Positions 1 through 7,784 of a stretch of DNA of 33,012 nucleotides are shown here, one piece after another. The stretch comes from a virus. The position numbers and the translations under genes were made by a program. The notes under the pieces are model-generated. The model saw only the letters and a program-made list of their open reading frames with translations, ran no database searches and was not told where the DNA came from. The stretch is taken from the IMG/VR virus record IMGVR_UViG_3300045988_152528, positions 1 to 33,012 of that record; one strand, given 5' to 3'. Each line of letters opens with the position of its first letter. Position 1 is the first letter of the stretch.

Positions 1-55
1 AAGTTACTCGGTTAAATTGTTATTTTTCAGATTCACCGGAAAAGTTTTATCTCAG
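1..55. repeat. Direct terminal overlap. 1-55 is identical to 32958-33012, a circular-contig closure; the unique circle is 32,957 bp.
   Basis: Read directly: both ends read aagttactcggttaaattgttatttttcagattcaccggaaaagttttatctcag. Confidence 0.95.
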
Positions 56-354
56 TTTCCGGTGAATATTTTCCATCCTGTCCACGTATATGCATTATTT
101 TTTTTTATACAAGAATTTATTGCTATTTTTGAAATACTGTATGACAATAAAATTACGGATAAAGTATCCCATCTATGAACAACAAAACCACTAGAATAGC
201 TAAAGCCGGACGGAACATTTTTACTTGGATTTGAAATAGTTATATAACTGAATCCATATCCGTTGAACAATGTTTGTAATATTTCGATAATATCATCTTC
301 GTCTCCGACTTCTATATATCCTTTTAGTTTGCCGTTGACCATCTCGCCATTTAA
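1..354. repeat. Left arm of a 354-bp inverted repeat; reverse complement of 28205-28558.
   Basis: Hand comparison of 1-120 and 300-354 with the reverse complement of 28205-28558 found no mismatch. The two translated ORFs are identical over 101 aa. The junctions diverge at 355 and 28204 and at 32957 and 28559. Confidence 0.9.
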
Positions 355-378
355 ATCAGATAAAAGCAAATTTACCAT
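52..378 (-). pseudogene. Orphan copy of the tail-fibre C-terminal module. The last 101 codons match 27512-28507; only 7 unrelated N-terminal codons precede them.
   Basis: Protein ...LNGEMVNGKLKGYIEVGDEDD...TGWKIFTGN is identical to the fibre C-terminus. No Shine-Dalgarno precedes the ATG at 378 (upstream reads gccgataacttt), so it is probably silent. Confidence 0.7.
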
Positions 379-421
379 AAAGTTATCGGCTTATATGTAT
401 ATGGGCCGATAGCTTTATGGT
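374..421. other. 48-bp imperfect palindrome just 3' of the serine recombinase gene. Candidate attP or recombinase-binding site; alternatively a terminator hairpin.
   Basis: accataaagttatcggc (374-390), a 14-bp AT-rich centre, then gccgatagctttatggt (405-421). The 17-bp arms have one mismatch. Confidence 0.4.
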
Positions 422-439
422 AAAATGAAAACCGTATAT

Positions 440-2008
440 TTACGGCTCTTTTGGGGTTTTAGGATATATATTAAGCGTGAAATTTGCAGTGGAACCCTGC
501 CCTTTTCGGTTTCGCTCGGTTTTTAGGTAGTCTGCTTTGATTAACACACTTTTTAACATTTCATTGCGGACGGAAACGTCATCAATGGTCCAATAGACAG
601 ATATAATATTTTTGACCTTCGGAATATAATCACGCTGGGCGCTATCACTTTCTATGGCATTATCATAGTCCCTCTTTAGCTTATCAAGTTCGACCCGGAG
701 AGTACATCTTTTTTCTTCAAGCACCCTTCGGCGCTCCTGGAAGGTTTCGATATCATAAATACCCTGTTCAAGCAGATCATAGGTATTGGATAATTGCTTT
801 TCGGTTTGACCATAGGCAGACTGCACACTTTTATAAGCAGCTTCCTTAAAAGAGATAATCGAGGCGTATTCGTCCTTTTCTTTTTCGGGCCAATCCAGTT
901 CATACTTTCTCAACCAGTCGGAAAGACTGGTCAGTAATTTTTGTTCCACAAGAAGCAGGGGAGCTGATATATTATTACATCGGCTATTAGGGCAGCGAAG
1001 AACCGGGTAATTTGTTTTGGTATTACTTCCGGCCCTTGCCATCATGGTTCCACATTTCGCGCAATAAATAAGACCAGATAGTGGATTTTGGAGCATTGTA
1101 ATACCAGTTTTGGGGATGGGCTTACATTTTCGTATAAGTTGGGCCTGTTCATATAATACTTCGCTTATAATTGGCTTAAATTTTCCTCGTACCTTTTTGC
1201 AGTCGTCGTTTTTGGGGCGGCTCTCTATGATCCTTCCGTCGATTAACTGCTTTTCTGGCTTTCTCCACCCCCAACGCTGATAGCCGGCATATACGGGATT
1301 GCGCAAAATATCTATAACGGAAGAAGCTGACCATTTGCGCCCGGTACGCGATGGCACTTGCATCAAATTAAGGCGTTCGCAAATCTGATAAGAACCCAAA
1401 GAAGCACCGTCTTCCTGTGAAGCAGTGTAAAGTTCATATATTAATTGAACAATTTTCGCTTCATCTGGAACTATTTCTAATACGTACCCTTTGTTTTCCT
1501 TCTTCTTGACCTTCTCATATCCATACGGTGCCGTTCCGGCAATATACCACCCCTCGTCAAATGCAGATACCCGGCCGCGCTGAATCCGCCGGTTAATGGT
1601 CTTGTATTCTCGTCGGGACATGAAAAGGTTAAATTCAAAATACTCTTCATCAAATTCGTTGTCAGGGTCATAAGTTTTTGACGGTGTAATGATTTTTGTG
1701 TGACTAAACTTAAATGCTTCAGCGACTGTACCCTGATCCTTTGTGTCGCCACGGGCCAATCGTTCCACCTCCATCACCAAAACACCTTCCCATTTACCCT
1801 GCATAACCTCAAGTAAAAGCTGTTGCATCCATGGACGGGCCGATATGGTTTCTCCGGAGACAATTTCTTTATAGACTGCACCGATAGGAAGCTTCATTTT
1901 GATTGACAGCTTAGTTAATTCCTGTTCATGCCGGGCCAGGGTTTCTCCTTCTCCACGGGCCTCTGCTTCCTGGTCCGCTCGACTCTTTCTTAGATAAATT
2001 GCATACAT
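440..2008 (-). CDS. Large serine recombinase (phage integrase type), 522 aa from the MYAIYLRKSRADQ start.
   Basis: N-terminal resolvase-type catalytic motif AIYLRKSRADQ; VERLARGD; PYGY recombinase domain; Cys-rich zinc-ribbon region (CAKCG...CPNSRC); C-terminal coiled-coil region. The ORF-track start at 2059 adds 17 Cys-rich residues and looks less likely. Confidence 0.85.
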   Translation of the reverse strand: MYAIYLRKSRADQEAEARGEGETLARHEQELTKLSIKMKLPIGAVYKEIVSGETISARPWMQQLLLEVMQGKWEGVLVMEVERLARGDTKDQGTVAEAFKFSHTKIITPSKTYDPDNEFDEEYFEFNLFMSRREYKTINRRIQRGRVSAFDEGWYIAGTAPYGYEKVKKKENKGYVLEIVPDEAKIVQLIYELYTASQEDGASLGSYQICERLNLMQVPSRTGRKWSASSVIDILRNPVYAGYQRWGWRKPEKQLIDGRIIESRPKNDDCKKVRGKFKPIISEVLYEQAQLIRKCKPIPKTGITMLQNPLSGLIYCAKCGTMMARAGSNTKTNYPVLRCPNSRCNNISAPLLLVEQKLLTSLSDWLRKYELDWPEKEKDEYASIISFKEAAYKSVQSAYGQTEKQLSNTYDLLEQGIYDIETFQERRRVLEEKRCTLRVELDKLKRDYDNAIESDSAQRDYIPKVKNIISVYWTIDDVSVRNEMLKSVLIKADYLKTERNRKGQGSTANFTLNIYPKTPKEP

Positions 2009-2099
2009 TATATCACTTGTATGATGTTTATAGAAGCAAAAACAACATATTCCTTTCATTTTTCTTGAACTGTGGTTTAATACATTCAGATACTGTGGA

Positions 2100-3600
2100 C
2101 TTTTGATTTTATCCTGTAGCTTGACTACTCAACAGGAGTGTATTGCCGCTACTTTTATCTGAATTGTTTATAGCTGGATGTTGCCGGAGTGTTTCGCTCT
2201 GAGTACTTATTTCAATCAAGTCTACGATGATAATCGTTGGTGGATATCACGGTATCGGACTTTATGAAAGGGAGGTACAACCTCATGATTTACGTAGGCA
2301 TTGATATTGCCAAACTCAACCATTTCGCCGCTGCCATTTCTTCGGAGGGCGGGATACTCATCGAGCCGTTCAAATTCTCAAATGACTATGATGGCTTCTA
2401 TCTGCTGCTTTCTAAACTGGCACCACTTGACCAGGACAGCATCATCATTGGTCTTGAATCAACGGCACACTACGGTGACAACCTTGTCCGTTTTTTGATA
2501 AGCAAGGATTTTAAAGTGTGTGTTCTCAATCCCTTATCGACTTCGGCTATGCGTAAAAATAATGTACGCAAGACGAAGACCGACAAAGTCGACACATTTG
2601 TTATTGCTAAAACCCTTATGTTGCAGGATCCTTTAAGGTTCATCTCCTTAAAGGATCTGGATTACATCGAACTCAAGGAACTCGGCAGATTCCGACAGAA
2701 AACCGTGAAGCAGCGCACCCGTTTAAAAATACAGCTGACTTCCTACATGGATCAGGTCTTCCCGGAACTACAGCACTTCTTTAAGTCCGGTGTGCATCAG
2801 AATTCTGTCTATACGCTCCTTAAAGAAGCGCCGACACCGAATGATATTGCTTCTATGCATATGACTCATCTCACTCATCTTCTCCAAACGGCTTCCCACG
2901 GTCATTTTGGTAAAGATACGGCCAGAGGATTAAGAATTCTCGCACAGAAGTCTGTCGGTATCCATGACAGTTCCTTATCTATTCAAATAACTCAGACCAT
3001 TGAACAGATTGAGTTATTGGATAGCCAGTTATTCCATACAGAGCTTGAAATGGCAAACCTTGTCACCTGCCTCCACTCTGTGATCATGACCATCCCGGGC
3101 ATTGGGACTACCAATGGCGGGATGATACTTGGTGAGATTGGCGATATCCATCGCTTCCCTACACCGGGCAAATTGCTTGCATTTGCCGGATTGGATCCGT
3201 CTGTTTATCAGTCTGGTAACTTCCAGGCCAAGAAGACCCGGATGTCCAAACGAGGCTCGCGTGTTCTTCGTTACGCTCTCGTAAATGCAGCACATAATGT
3301 CGTAAAGAACAATGCGACTTTCAAAGCTTACTACGATGCCAAGAGAGCCGAAGGCCGGACTCACTATAATGCCCTTGGGCACTGTGCCGGCAAACTTGTC
3401 AGGGTCATATGGAAGATGCTCACTGACGAAGTGGAATTTAACCTCGAATAAGAGGTCTGCATACCAATATCGATAGATTTTGAAAAAGCACCGTTAGGGA
3501 GCTTTATTAGAGTTACCCTTCTTTACCATCGATTAGAAAAATGAATTTTCGCCTAATTTATACTTGACTTTTCATAGCTGGTCTCCCTGCTAATTCATTG
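2100..3600 (+). mobile_element. IS110-family insertion sequence. Exact ends are not resolved; they lie somewhere in 2060-2284 and 3452-3631.
   Basis: Contains a typical IS110-family transposase. It is flanked by roughly 180-225 nt and 180 nt of non-coding DNA with no terminal inverted repeats, as expected for IS110. It interrupts the integrase/lysogeny region. Confidence 0.6.
2285..3451 (+). CDS. IS110-family transposase (DEDD N-terminal domain plus IS116/IS110/IS902 C-terminal domain), 388 aa.
   Basis: [14 protein letters not shown]... start preceded by aGGGAGGtacaacctc. Also [41 protein letters not shown] and [12 protein letters not shown], which are hallmark IS110 motifs. Confidence 0.9.
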   Translation: MIYVGIDIAKLNHFAAAISSEGGILIEPFKFSNDYDGFYLLLSKLAPLDQDSIIIGLESTAHYGDNLVRFLISKDFKVCVLNPLSTSAMRKNNVRKTKTDKVDTFVIAKTLMLQDPLRFISLKDLDYIELKELGRFRQKTVKQRTRLKIQLTSYMDQVFPELQHFFKSGVHQNSVYTLLKEAPTPNDIASMHMTHLTHLLQTASHGHFGKDTARGLRILAQKSVGIHDSSLSIQITQTIEQIELLDSQLFHTELEMANLVTCLHSVIMTIPGIGTTNGGMILGEIGDIHRFPTPGKLLAFAGLDPSVYQSGNFQAKKTRMSKRGSRVLRYALVNAAHNVVKNNATFKAYYDAKRAEGRTHYNALGHCAGKLVRVIWKMLTDEVEFNLE

Positions 3601-3631
3601 TATGAAAAAATGTGCATAAAAATAACGCCTC

Positions 3632-3660
3632 TTGCCACGGCGTTCCAGGAATGATATAAT
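3632..3660 (+). promoter_or_regulatory. Sigma-A-type promoter: TTGCCA, 17-bp spacer, extended -10 TGaTATAAT.
   Basis: -35 ttgcca at 3632-3637, tg at 3652-3653, tataat at 3655-3660. Confidence 0.5.
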
Positions 3661-3716
3661 TCAACTATATAGATAGAACATATCTTCCTGAAATGTCAGG
3701 AGAGAATCTATAAAAG

Positions 3717-3750
3717 CCGTTCCTGTTGGCGCAGGGGCGGTTTTTATTTA
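3717..3750 (+). terminator. Intrinsic terminator on the + strand.
   Basis: ccgttcctg / caggggcgg stem (two G:U pairs on the + strand RNA), ttggcg loop, then tttttattta. Confidence 0.5.
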
Positions 3751-4940
3751 GGTATTAATTTAATTTTTATATCCTTGATACTTAATATATCATTTTCTTT
3801 AAGCATCAAATTAGTATATTGCTTGATATAAAGTGCCTCCGTTATCTTGTTTAATGATTGCAATAATTCGTCATTGACGTCAGAAGGATCGCCCATTATT
3901 TCGTTTATACCATAATCCATTTCATATGGTTCGGTCATTATATTGCCATTTCCTTCAATCCACACGACATCATACGTACCGGCTGGCAAATCATCGCCGG
4001 CAGCATACAGACCGTAGCCTAATTCTATAGGACGTGTTTCGTTTTTCTCTCGCTTGGACATGCCAGATATATTCGCATCACTGCATCCTGCGGAAATTTG
4101 TTGCGTACCGGTGACGGAAATAATGGTTCCACTGACAAGGACGATGTTGTGAAGCTCGTCTTTGCTCCAAGTATCTGTTATTCCATAATCTTCAAATTGC
4201 CGTTTGGTCAGACTGTCATCAGCGGTAAATATTTCGTTTAATGTGCCATCGTCAGAAAAGAGATTACCCGAACCCTTTTTACTGAAAAAATCATACGTTC
4301 CTTCCGGTATGTCTATACCAACAATATAATGGCCTGCCGTTAATGTGGTGGAGTATGCTTCGGTATCTAAAGTCGATTCAGTCGTACTTTCTGTTTCCGG
4401 AAGGAATAAGTTACCAGCTTCAGAAGCAGAAGTCATTATATCATTGTAAGCACTGTTTACTTCATCAAAGGAATTGGCAAAAGTTCTGTACGATGAAAAA
4501 AGCCCTGCAACCCATAAAAAGACTGCCGCGGTGGTTAGCATCGCTCGGCTACCACGTGTCCCCTTTTTGCAATACCACAGTAAAAAAAGGCCAATTGGAA
4601 AACAACATAGAAACATCAAAATTATTATAAACCAATTGCGTTGATAAAATTTTAAACTCGACAGATCTTCTTCGATGATATCCAAGTGGGGGAAATTTTC
4701 CTTAATAAGTTCAATTGTTTTTTTTATTTTGATATTAACTTTTTGAGTAAATGAAAAGCGGATGGTAGCGCCAGATAAAGTTTTAAAATCAAGATATCCT
4801 CTCTCTCCTTGTTTTGAAAATGCGTAATTAATTTGTTTAAGTTCTTCGTATGGGATATTCTTTCTGCTACCGAAGCCTGTAATCAGATTAGCTTCGGCTT
4901 TACCAACATAAAGCTCCTGAAAAACACCTTTAATACTCAT
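3744..4940 (-). CDS. Accessory membrane protein of unknown function (398 aa): cytoplasmic N-domain, two TM helices, extracellular C-domain with an internal duplication.
   Basis: TM segments WFIIILMFLCCFPIGLFLLWY and AMLTTAAVFLWVAGLFSSY. Repeated motif GHYIVGIDIPEGTYDFFSKKGSGN / GLYAAGDDLPAGTYDVVWIEGNGN. RBS ggaggg lies upstream of the ATG at 4940. Confidence 0.7.
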   Translation of the reverse strand: MSIKGVFQELYVGKAEANLITGFGSRKNIPYEELKQINYAFSKQGERGYLDFKTLSGATIRFSFTQKVNIKIKKTIELIKENFPHLDIIEEDLSSLKFYQRNWFIIILMFLCCFPIGLFLLWYCKKGTRGSRAMLTTAAVFLWVAGLFSSYRTFANSFDEVNSAYNDIMTSASEAGNLFLPETESTTESTLDTEAYSTTLTAGHYIVGIDIPEGTYDFFSKKGSGNLFSDDGTLNEIFTADDSLTKRQFEDYGITDTWSKDELHNIVLVSGTIISVTGTQQISAGCSDANISGMSKREKNETRPIELGYGLYAAGDDLPAGTYDVVWIEGNGNIMTEPYEMDYGINEIMGDPSDVNDELLQSLNKITEALYIKQYTNLMLKENDILSIKDIKIKLIPK

Positions 4941-4957
4941 AAAATTCCCTCCGAATT

Positions 4958-4987
4958 TTCCAAATTTTGGAAGATAATTTGTATAAT
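4958..4987 (+). promoter_or_regulatory. Candidate promoter with a 15-bp palindromic operator, between the divergent membrane-protein and HTH genes.
   Basis: ttccaaa-t-tttggaa perfect palindrome at 4958-4972; tataat at 4982-4987. Confidence 0.4.
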
Positions 4988-5008
4988 AATAGCAGTAAAA
5001 TATTAATT

Positions 5009-5206
5009 ATGGAGATACTGCTTGATAAAATAATGTACAATCGAAATTTATCTGTACGACAGGTTAGCTACATGACTGGTATACCGCGTTCTACGATATC
5101 TGATATAATTTGTGGACGAACAAGCCCTAGGTTAGACACTTTAGAGGCCATCGCAAAAGGTCTAAACATCAGCATCATAGAGCTTTTTGACTCCCCTTAC
5201 AAATAG
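5009..5206 (+). CDS. Small XRE-family HTH protein (65 aa from the ATG at 5009; the ORF track starts at a TTG at 4967).
   Basis: RNLSVRQVSYMTGIPRSTISDIICGRTSPRLDTLEAIAKGLNISIIELF is a canonical XRE/Cro-type HTH. Confidence 0.75.
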   Translation: MEILLDKIMYNRNLSVRQVSYMTGIPRSTISDIICGRTSPRLDTLEAIAKGLNISIIELFDSPYK

Positions 5207-5489
5207 TGTCCGGGTTCTCGGACAAATCATTAAATCAAGTTATATCTATTTATCGACAGACGTTTTAAGTTATAGATACAACAATATCCATACAGGGAGA
5301 CGAACGAATGTTCTGTAAAAGTTGTTGAGTATTTCTAAAAAGTATGATATTATGATATGAGAACAAACGTTCGAGAAATGGGGGCGTACATATGAATTAC
5401 AAACAAACACTGCATGAACTTATTGACTCTCTTGATGAAAATACTTGCAAAAAGATTTATCATCTGATTTTAGGCCTATTGGGGAGGGA

Positions 5490-5885
5490 TTAGCCCTTCC
5501 CAGGCTTATTATGCGCTTCATTTAAGCAATTCTCAAACTGTTTATATACGTAATCCCATTTATCGTCAGGAAAATAATACATCATTTCAACAAGGGCCGC
5601 TAAAACGGCTTTTTTTTGATTTGAAGCATTCCCCATGATATGGCCGAAGCGATTAAAAGCTATATCCATCGAATCCATTTCGTTAAACATTTCCCCATTA
5701 CCAGTTCTAAGCCAGGTTTCGTTTACATTAAATTCGCGGCAGATAGATTTCATAACAGCATCCATCGGCGTATTTCGGCCAGTTTCATAATTTGCGAGAG
5801 AATTTCTTTTCAAGCCAACCCTATCAGCAAATTCTTGCTGAGTCAATCCCAATGTTTTACGTAACGCCTTAATACGTTCTTTCAA
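5490..5885 (-). CDS. CI-like phage repressor: XRE HTH N-domain plus a C-terminal domain, 131 aa from a TTG start.
   Basis: KERIKALRKTLGLTQQEFADRVGLKRNSLANYETGRNTP. RBS GAGGTGA lies 5 nt before the TTG at 5885. A consensus promoter sits immediately upstream, inside the longer ORF-track call. Confidence 0.8.
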   Translation of the reverse strand: MKERIKALRKTLGLTQQEFADRVGLKRNSLANYETGRNTPMDAVMKSICREFNVNETWLRTGNGEMFNEMDSMDIAFNRFGHIMGNASNQKKAVLAALVEMMYYFPDDKWDYVYKQFENCLNEAHNKPGKG

Positions 5886-5910
5886 ATTTATCACCTCGCT
5901 TTCTGGATTA

Positions 5911-5939
5911 ATTATAGTATAAAAATGTGCTGATGTCAA
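5911..5939 (-). promoter_or_regulatory. Repressor promoter (minus strand), TTGACA-17-TATAAT.
   Basis: The reverse complement reads ttgaca tcagcacatttttatac tataat: tgtcaa at 5934-5939 and attata at 5911-5916 on the + strand. Confidence 0.7.
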
Positions 5940-5969
5940 CAAAAAAGTGTCGAAATCAACAAAATGCTA

Positions 5970-5998
5970 TTGACAATAGTCCTATTAGCACTTATAAT
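5970..5998 (+). promoter_or_regulatory. Early rightward promoter, TTGACA-17-TATAAT, divergent from the repressor promoter.
   Basis: ttgaca at 5970-5975, tataat at 5993-5998. The direct repeat tcaacaaaa occurs at 5936-5944 and 5956-5964 between the two promoters. Confidence 0.7.
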
Positions 5999-6032
5999 GA
6001 TGTTGTAAGCAACAAGAAAGCGAGGTGAAAAG

Positions 6033-6215
6033 ATGAAAACCAACAGAGATGACACCAAAAACATTGAGGCGAAACGCCTTGAACAGATCCGTTACATCAT
6101 GGAACACTGGGACGAATTACCAGAAGGACTTCAGGGACGCTTCAGGGGAACCATTGAAACCGCTCAAGATTTTTTGAAAGAAAAAATAAACCAGCCAACG
6201 CACATTAAAAACTAG
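6033..6215 (+). CDS. First early-operon protein (60 aa), in the Cro position; function unknown.
   Basis: RBS gcGAGGTGaaaag precedes the ATG. It is the first ORF after the early promoter. Confidence 0.6.
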   Translation: MKTNRDDTKNIEAKRLEQIRYIMEHWDELPEGLQGRFRGTIETAQDFLKEKINQPTHIKN

Positions 6216-6293
6216 GAGGTATAAAAGAAAAAAGCATGGAAACAAGTACAACCAGTCAAACATAAACTCTACCATAGGGAAGGAGGGCACCAC

Positions 6294-6461
6294 ATGGCAG
6301 TAGTCGAAATCATAAAAGACGGTGAGACAACAATCATATTCCACGATGATTATTGTAAGGACACCACAAAAGAAGAGATAGAAACCATAATGCGGCATAT
6401 AGCAAAAATTACATTGCCGCATATGAAAGCAGCCATGAAGAGGGAGGAGAATACCGGCTAA
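6294..6461 (+). CDS. Small hypothetical protein (55 aa), below the ORF-track cutoff.
   Basis: Hand translation MAVVEIIKDGETTIIFHDDYCKDTTKEEIETIMRHIAKITLPHMKAAMKREENTG. RBS gAAGGAGGgcaccac precedes the ATG. Confidence 0.6.
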   Translation: MAVVEIIKDGETTIIFHDDYCKDTTKEEIETIMRHIAKITLPHMKAAMKREENTG

Positions 6462-6483
6462 AGCCGGTTCGGGTGGACAAGCC

Positions 6484-6591
6484 ATGAAACAGGAACGAAA
6501 TCATTGCAATAACTGCCGGTATTACGGCCGCTGCCTGGAACGGAGCAGGAAATATCCCTGCAAAGACTACAAGCGGCGCCGCACCGGTTAA
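6484..6591 (+). CDS. Possible 35-aa Cys-rich basic mini-protein.
   Basis: Hand translation MKQERNHCNNCRYYGRCLERSRKYPCKDYKRRRTG. The RBS (gggtgg) is weak. Confidence 0.3.
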   Translation: MKQERNHCNNCRYYGRCLERSRKYPCKDYKRRRTG

Positions 6592-6604
6592 GGGAGGGGA
6601 AAAG

Positions 6605-6769
6605 ATGCACGTACACTATAAGAATGGTCCAGAGACAGTACGCCGGGCGCGGCAGCAGGACAAGCACTTAAACGAATACAGGTACATAAAGATACTTGAA
6701 ATAATCACACTTGCAATGTGCAGCGTTGTCATATTCCAGGCGGCCATACTGGCCTGGAAATGCATATGA
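6605..6769 (+). CDS. Small protein with a C-terminal TM helix (54 aa).
   Basis: RBS AGGGAGGGG lies 5 nt upstream. Hand translation MHVHYKNGPETVRRARQQDKHLNEYRYIKILEIITLAMCSVVIFQAAILAWKCI. Confidence 0.5.
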   Translation: MHVHYKNGPETVRRARQQDKHLNEYRYIKILEIITLAMCSVVIFQAAILAWKCI

Positions 6770-6822
6770 AAATATTGAAGATTTAGAAGCCGACTGCTGA
6801 GTGTCGGAGAAAAGAGGATGGT

Positions 6823-7026
6823 ATGAATAACCAAATCGAGAACAATTTTATGTATCATAGTCCAAAGGAGGGACAGCAGGAGAAGTACGAGGCAATCAGG
6901 AGTAAAGCGAAGGAACTGGCGTATCTGATTGATGATATGTGTCCAGGTAGCCGGGAGAAATCCCTTGCCATGACAAAACTGGAAGAGTCGGTTATGTGGG
7001 CGAACGCTTCCGTTGCCAGAAGTTGA
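6823..7026 (+). CDS. Conserved-looking small phage protein (67 aa), function unknown.
   Basis: RBS aaagAGGAtggt. The motif CPGSREKSLAMTKLEESVMWANASVAR resembles a widespread small phage protein family I cannot name with certainty. Confidence 0.6.
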   Translation: MNNQIENNFMYHSPKEGQQEKYEAIRSKAKELAYLIDDMCPGSREKSLAMTKLEESVMWANASVARS

Positions 7027-7265
7027 AAAATGAGGAAATAAAATTTGCTGACCTAACGGCAACACGGGGAGGTTGCGGCGAACCCTGAACGCCGCCTCTA
7101 TCGTTAGCGATTAACGAGTGTTTCCGCATTCTGGGCGTATGCGCGGAAGCTAAAGGTGATATCTGCATTAAGATATCGGATTTTGGTGGTTGAGAGACTA
7201 CTCCGAGGTTTGTCACTCGGCGCTAAAATGACATGGTGGCAACAGATAGCCAGAAAGGCGGAGAT

Positions 7266-7694
7266 ATGGATAAATACATAGCGAAGCAAATAGTATTGGC
7301 CCAAGTTGCCTCCGATGGAGGAAAAGGACAAGATGATGTATTATCACGCATTTCCTCCTTTCTCCCCATCGGGGAAATATATTGCAAAAAAGGTTATGAC
7401 GCGAAAGACGGTTGTATTATCAAGGCAATTAAGGCAATACAACGCAACCCACAAAGCGGGTTTAAGTATCATGTTAAAGTAGACAGAACATTGTATAACG
7501 GAGTACACGTTTTTATTGTTTACTTTAATTTCAAAATGGAAGGGGAAAGTTATCAGATATCCTTCCACACATTTTCCAACATGTGGAGATTTGTAAATAA
7601 AAAATGCTCCACTAGATGGAAAAAGAAATATAGTAGCAAAGAAAGTGCCATAAAATTGGCATATTGTTTAAAAAAGAAAGGGGAAAGAATATGA
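7266..7694 (+). CDS. Hypothetical early protein (142 aa from MDKYIAKQ).
   Basis: RBS aaaGGCGGAGat precedes the ATG at 7266. A long ORF in the operon direction. Confidence 0.6.
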   Translation: MDKYIAKQIVLAQVASDGGKGQDDVLSRISSFLPIGEIYCKKGYDAKDGCIIKAIKAIQRNPQSGFKYHVKVDRTLYNGVHVFIVYFNFKMEGESYQISFHTFSNMWRFVNKKCSTRWKKKYSSKESAIKLAYCLKKKGERI

Positions 7695-7784
7695 AAGCAT
7701 ATAAAGAGCAGGGAGTAATTGTTAAGCCATTTTGTTATAAGTCATTGACATCTCCAATGTCAGAGCATTTAGAGGAGGAACAGA

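Noticed and set aside
1-378. A diversity-generating retroelement (template/variable repeat pair) as the explanation for the duplicated tail-fibre C-terminus.
   Set aside because: No reverse transcriptase ORF exists anywhere in the window. The two copies are identical rather than differing at adenines, they are inverted, and at 354 bp they are much longer than typical TR/VR pairs.
440-2059. A Gin/Hin/Cin-type small invertase driving a classic tail-fibre host-range switch.
   Set aside because: The enzyme is a large serine recombinase of more than 520 aa with a zinc-ribbon and coiled-coil C-terminus, which is the integrase type. The repeat covers the fibre's C-terminus, so inversion cannot produce an alternative fibre sequence. 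The inversion idea is kept only as a lower-confidence hypothesis.
2171-3582. The 8-bp direct match atagctgg (2171-2178 and 3575-3582) as the IS110 ends or target duplication.
   Set aside because: An 8-mer shared between two non-coding stretches of about 200-300 nt is expected roughly once by chance. The implied circle junction does not create a good promoter. The ends are left unresolved.
3774-5027. CTTGATA (the pC194/phiX-type nick motif) at 3774-3780 and 5021-5027 as the double-strand origin of the Rep.
   Set aside because: A 7-mer is expected by chance several times in 33 kb. Both copies lie inside unrelated coding sequence far from rep, and the Rep subfamily is not established.
6117-7331. 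Long minus-strand ORFs (6117-6485, 6458-6667, 6616-7065, 6992-7216, 7104-7331) in the early region.
   Set aside because: They have no RBS, odd Cys/Phe/Leu-rich composition, and lie antisense to short + strand ORFs that have strong AGGAGG sites. They are most likely shadow ORFs.
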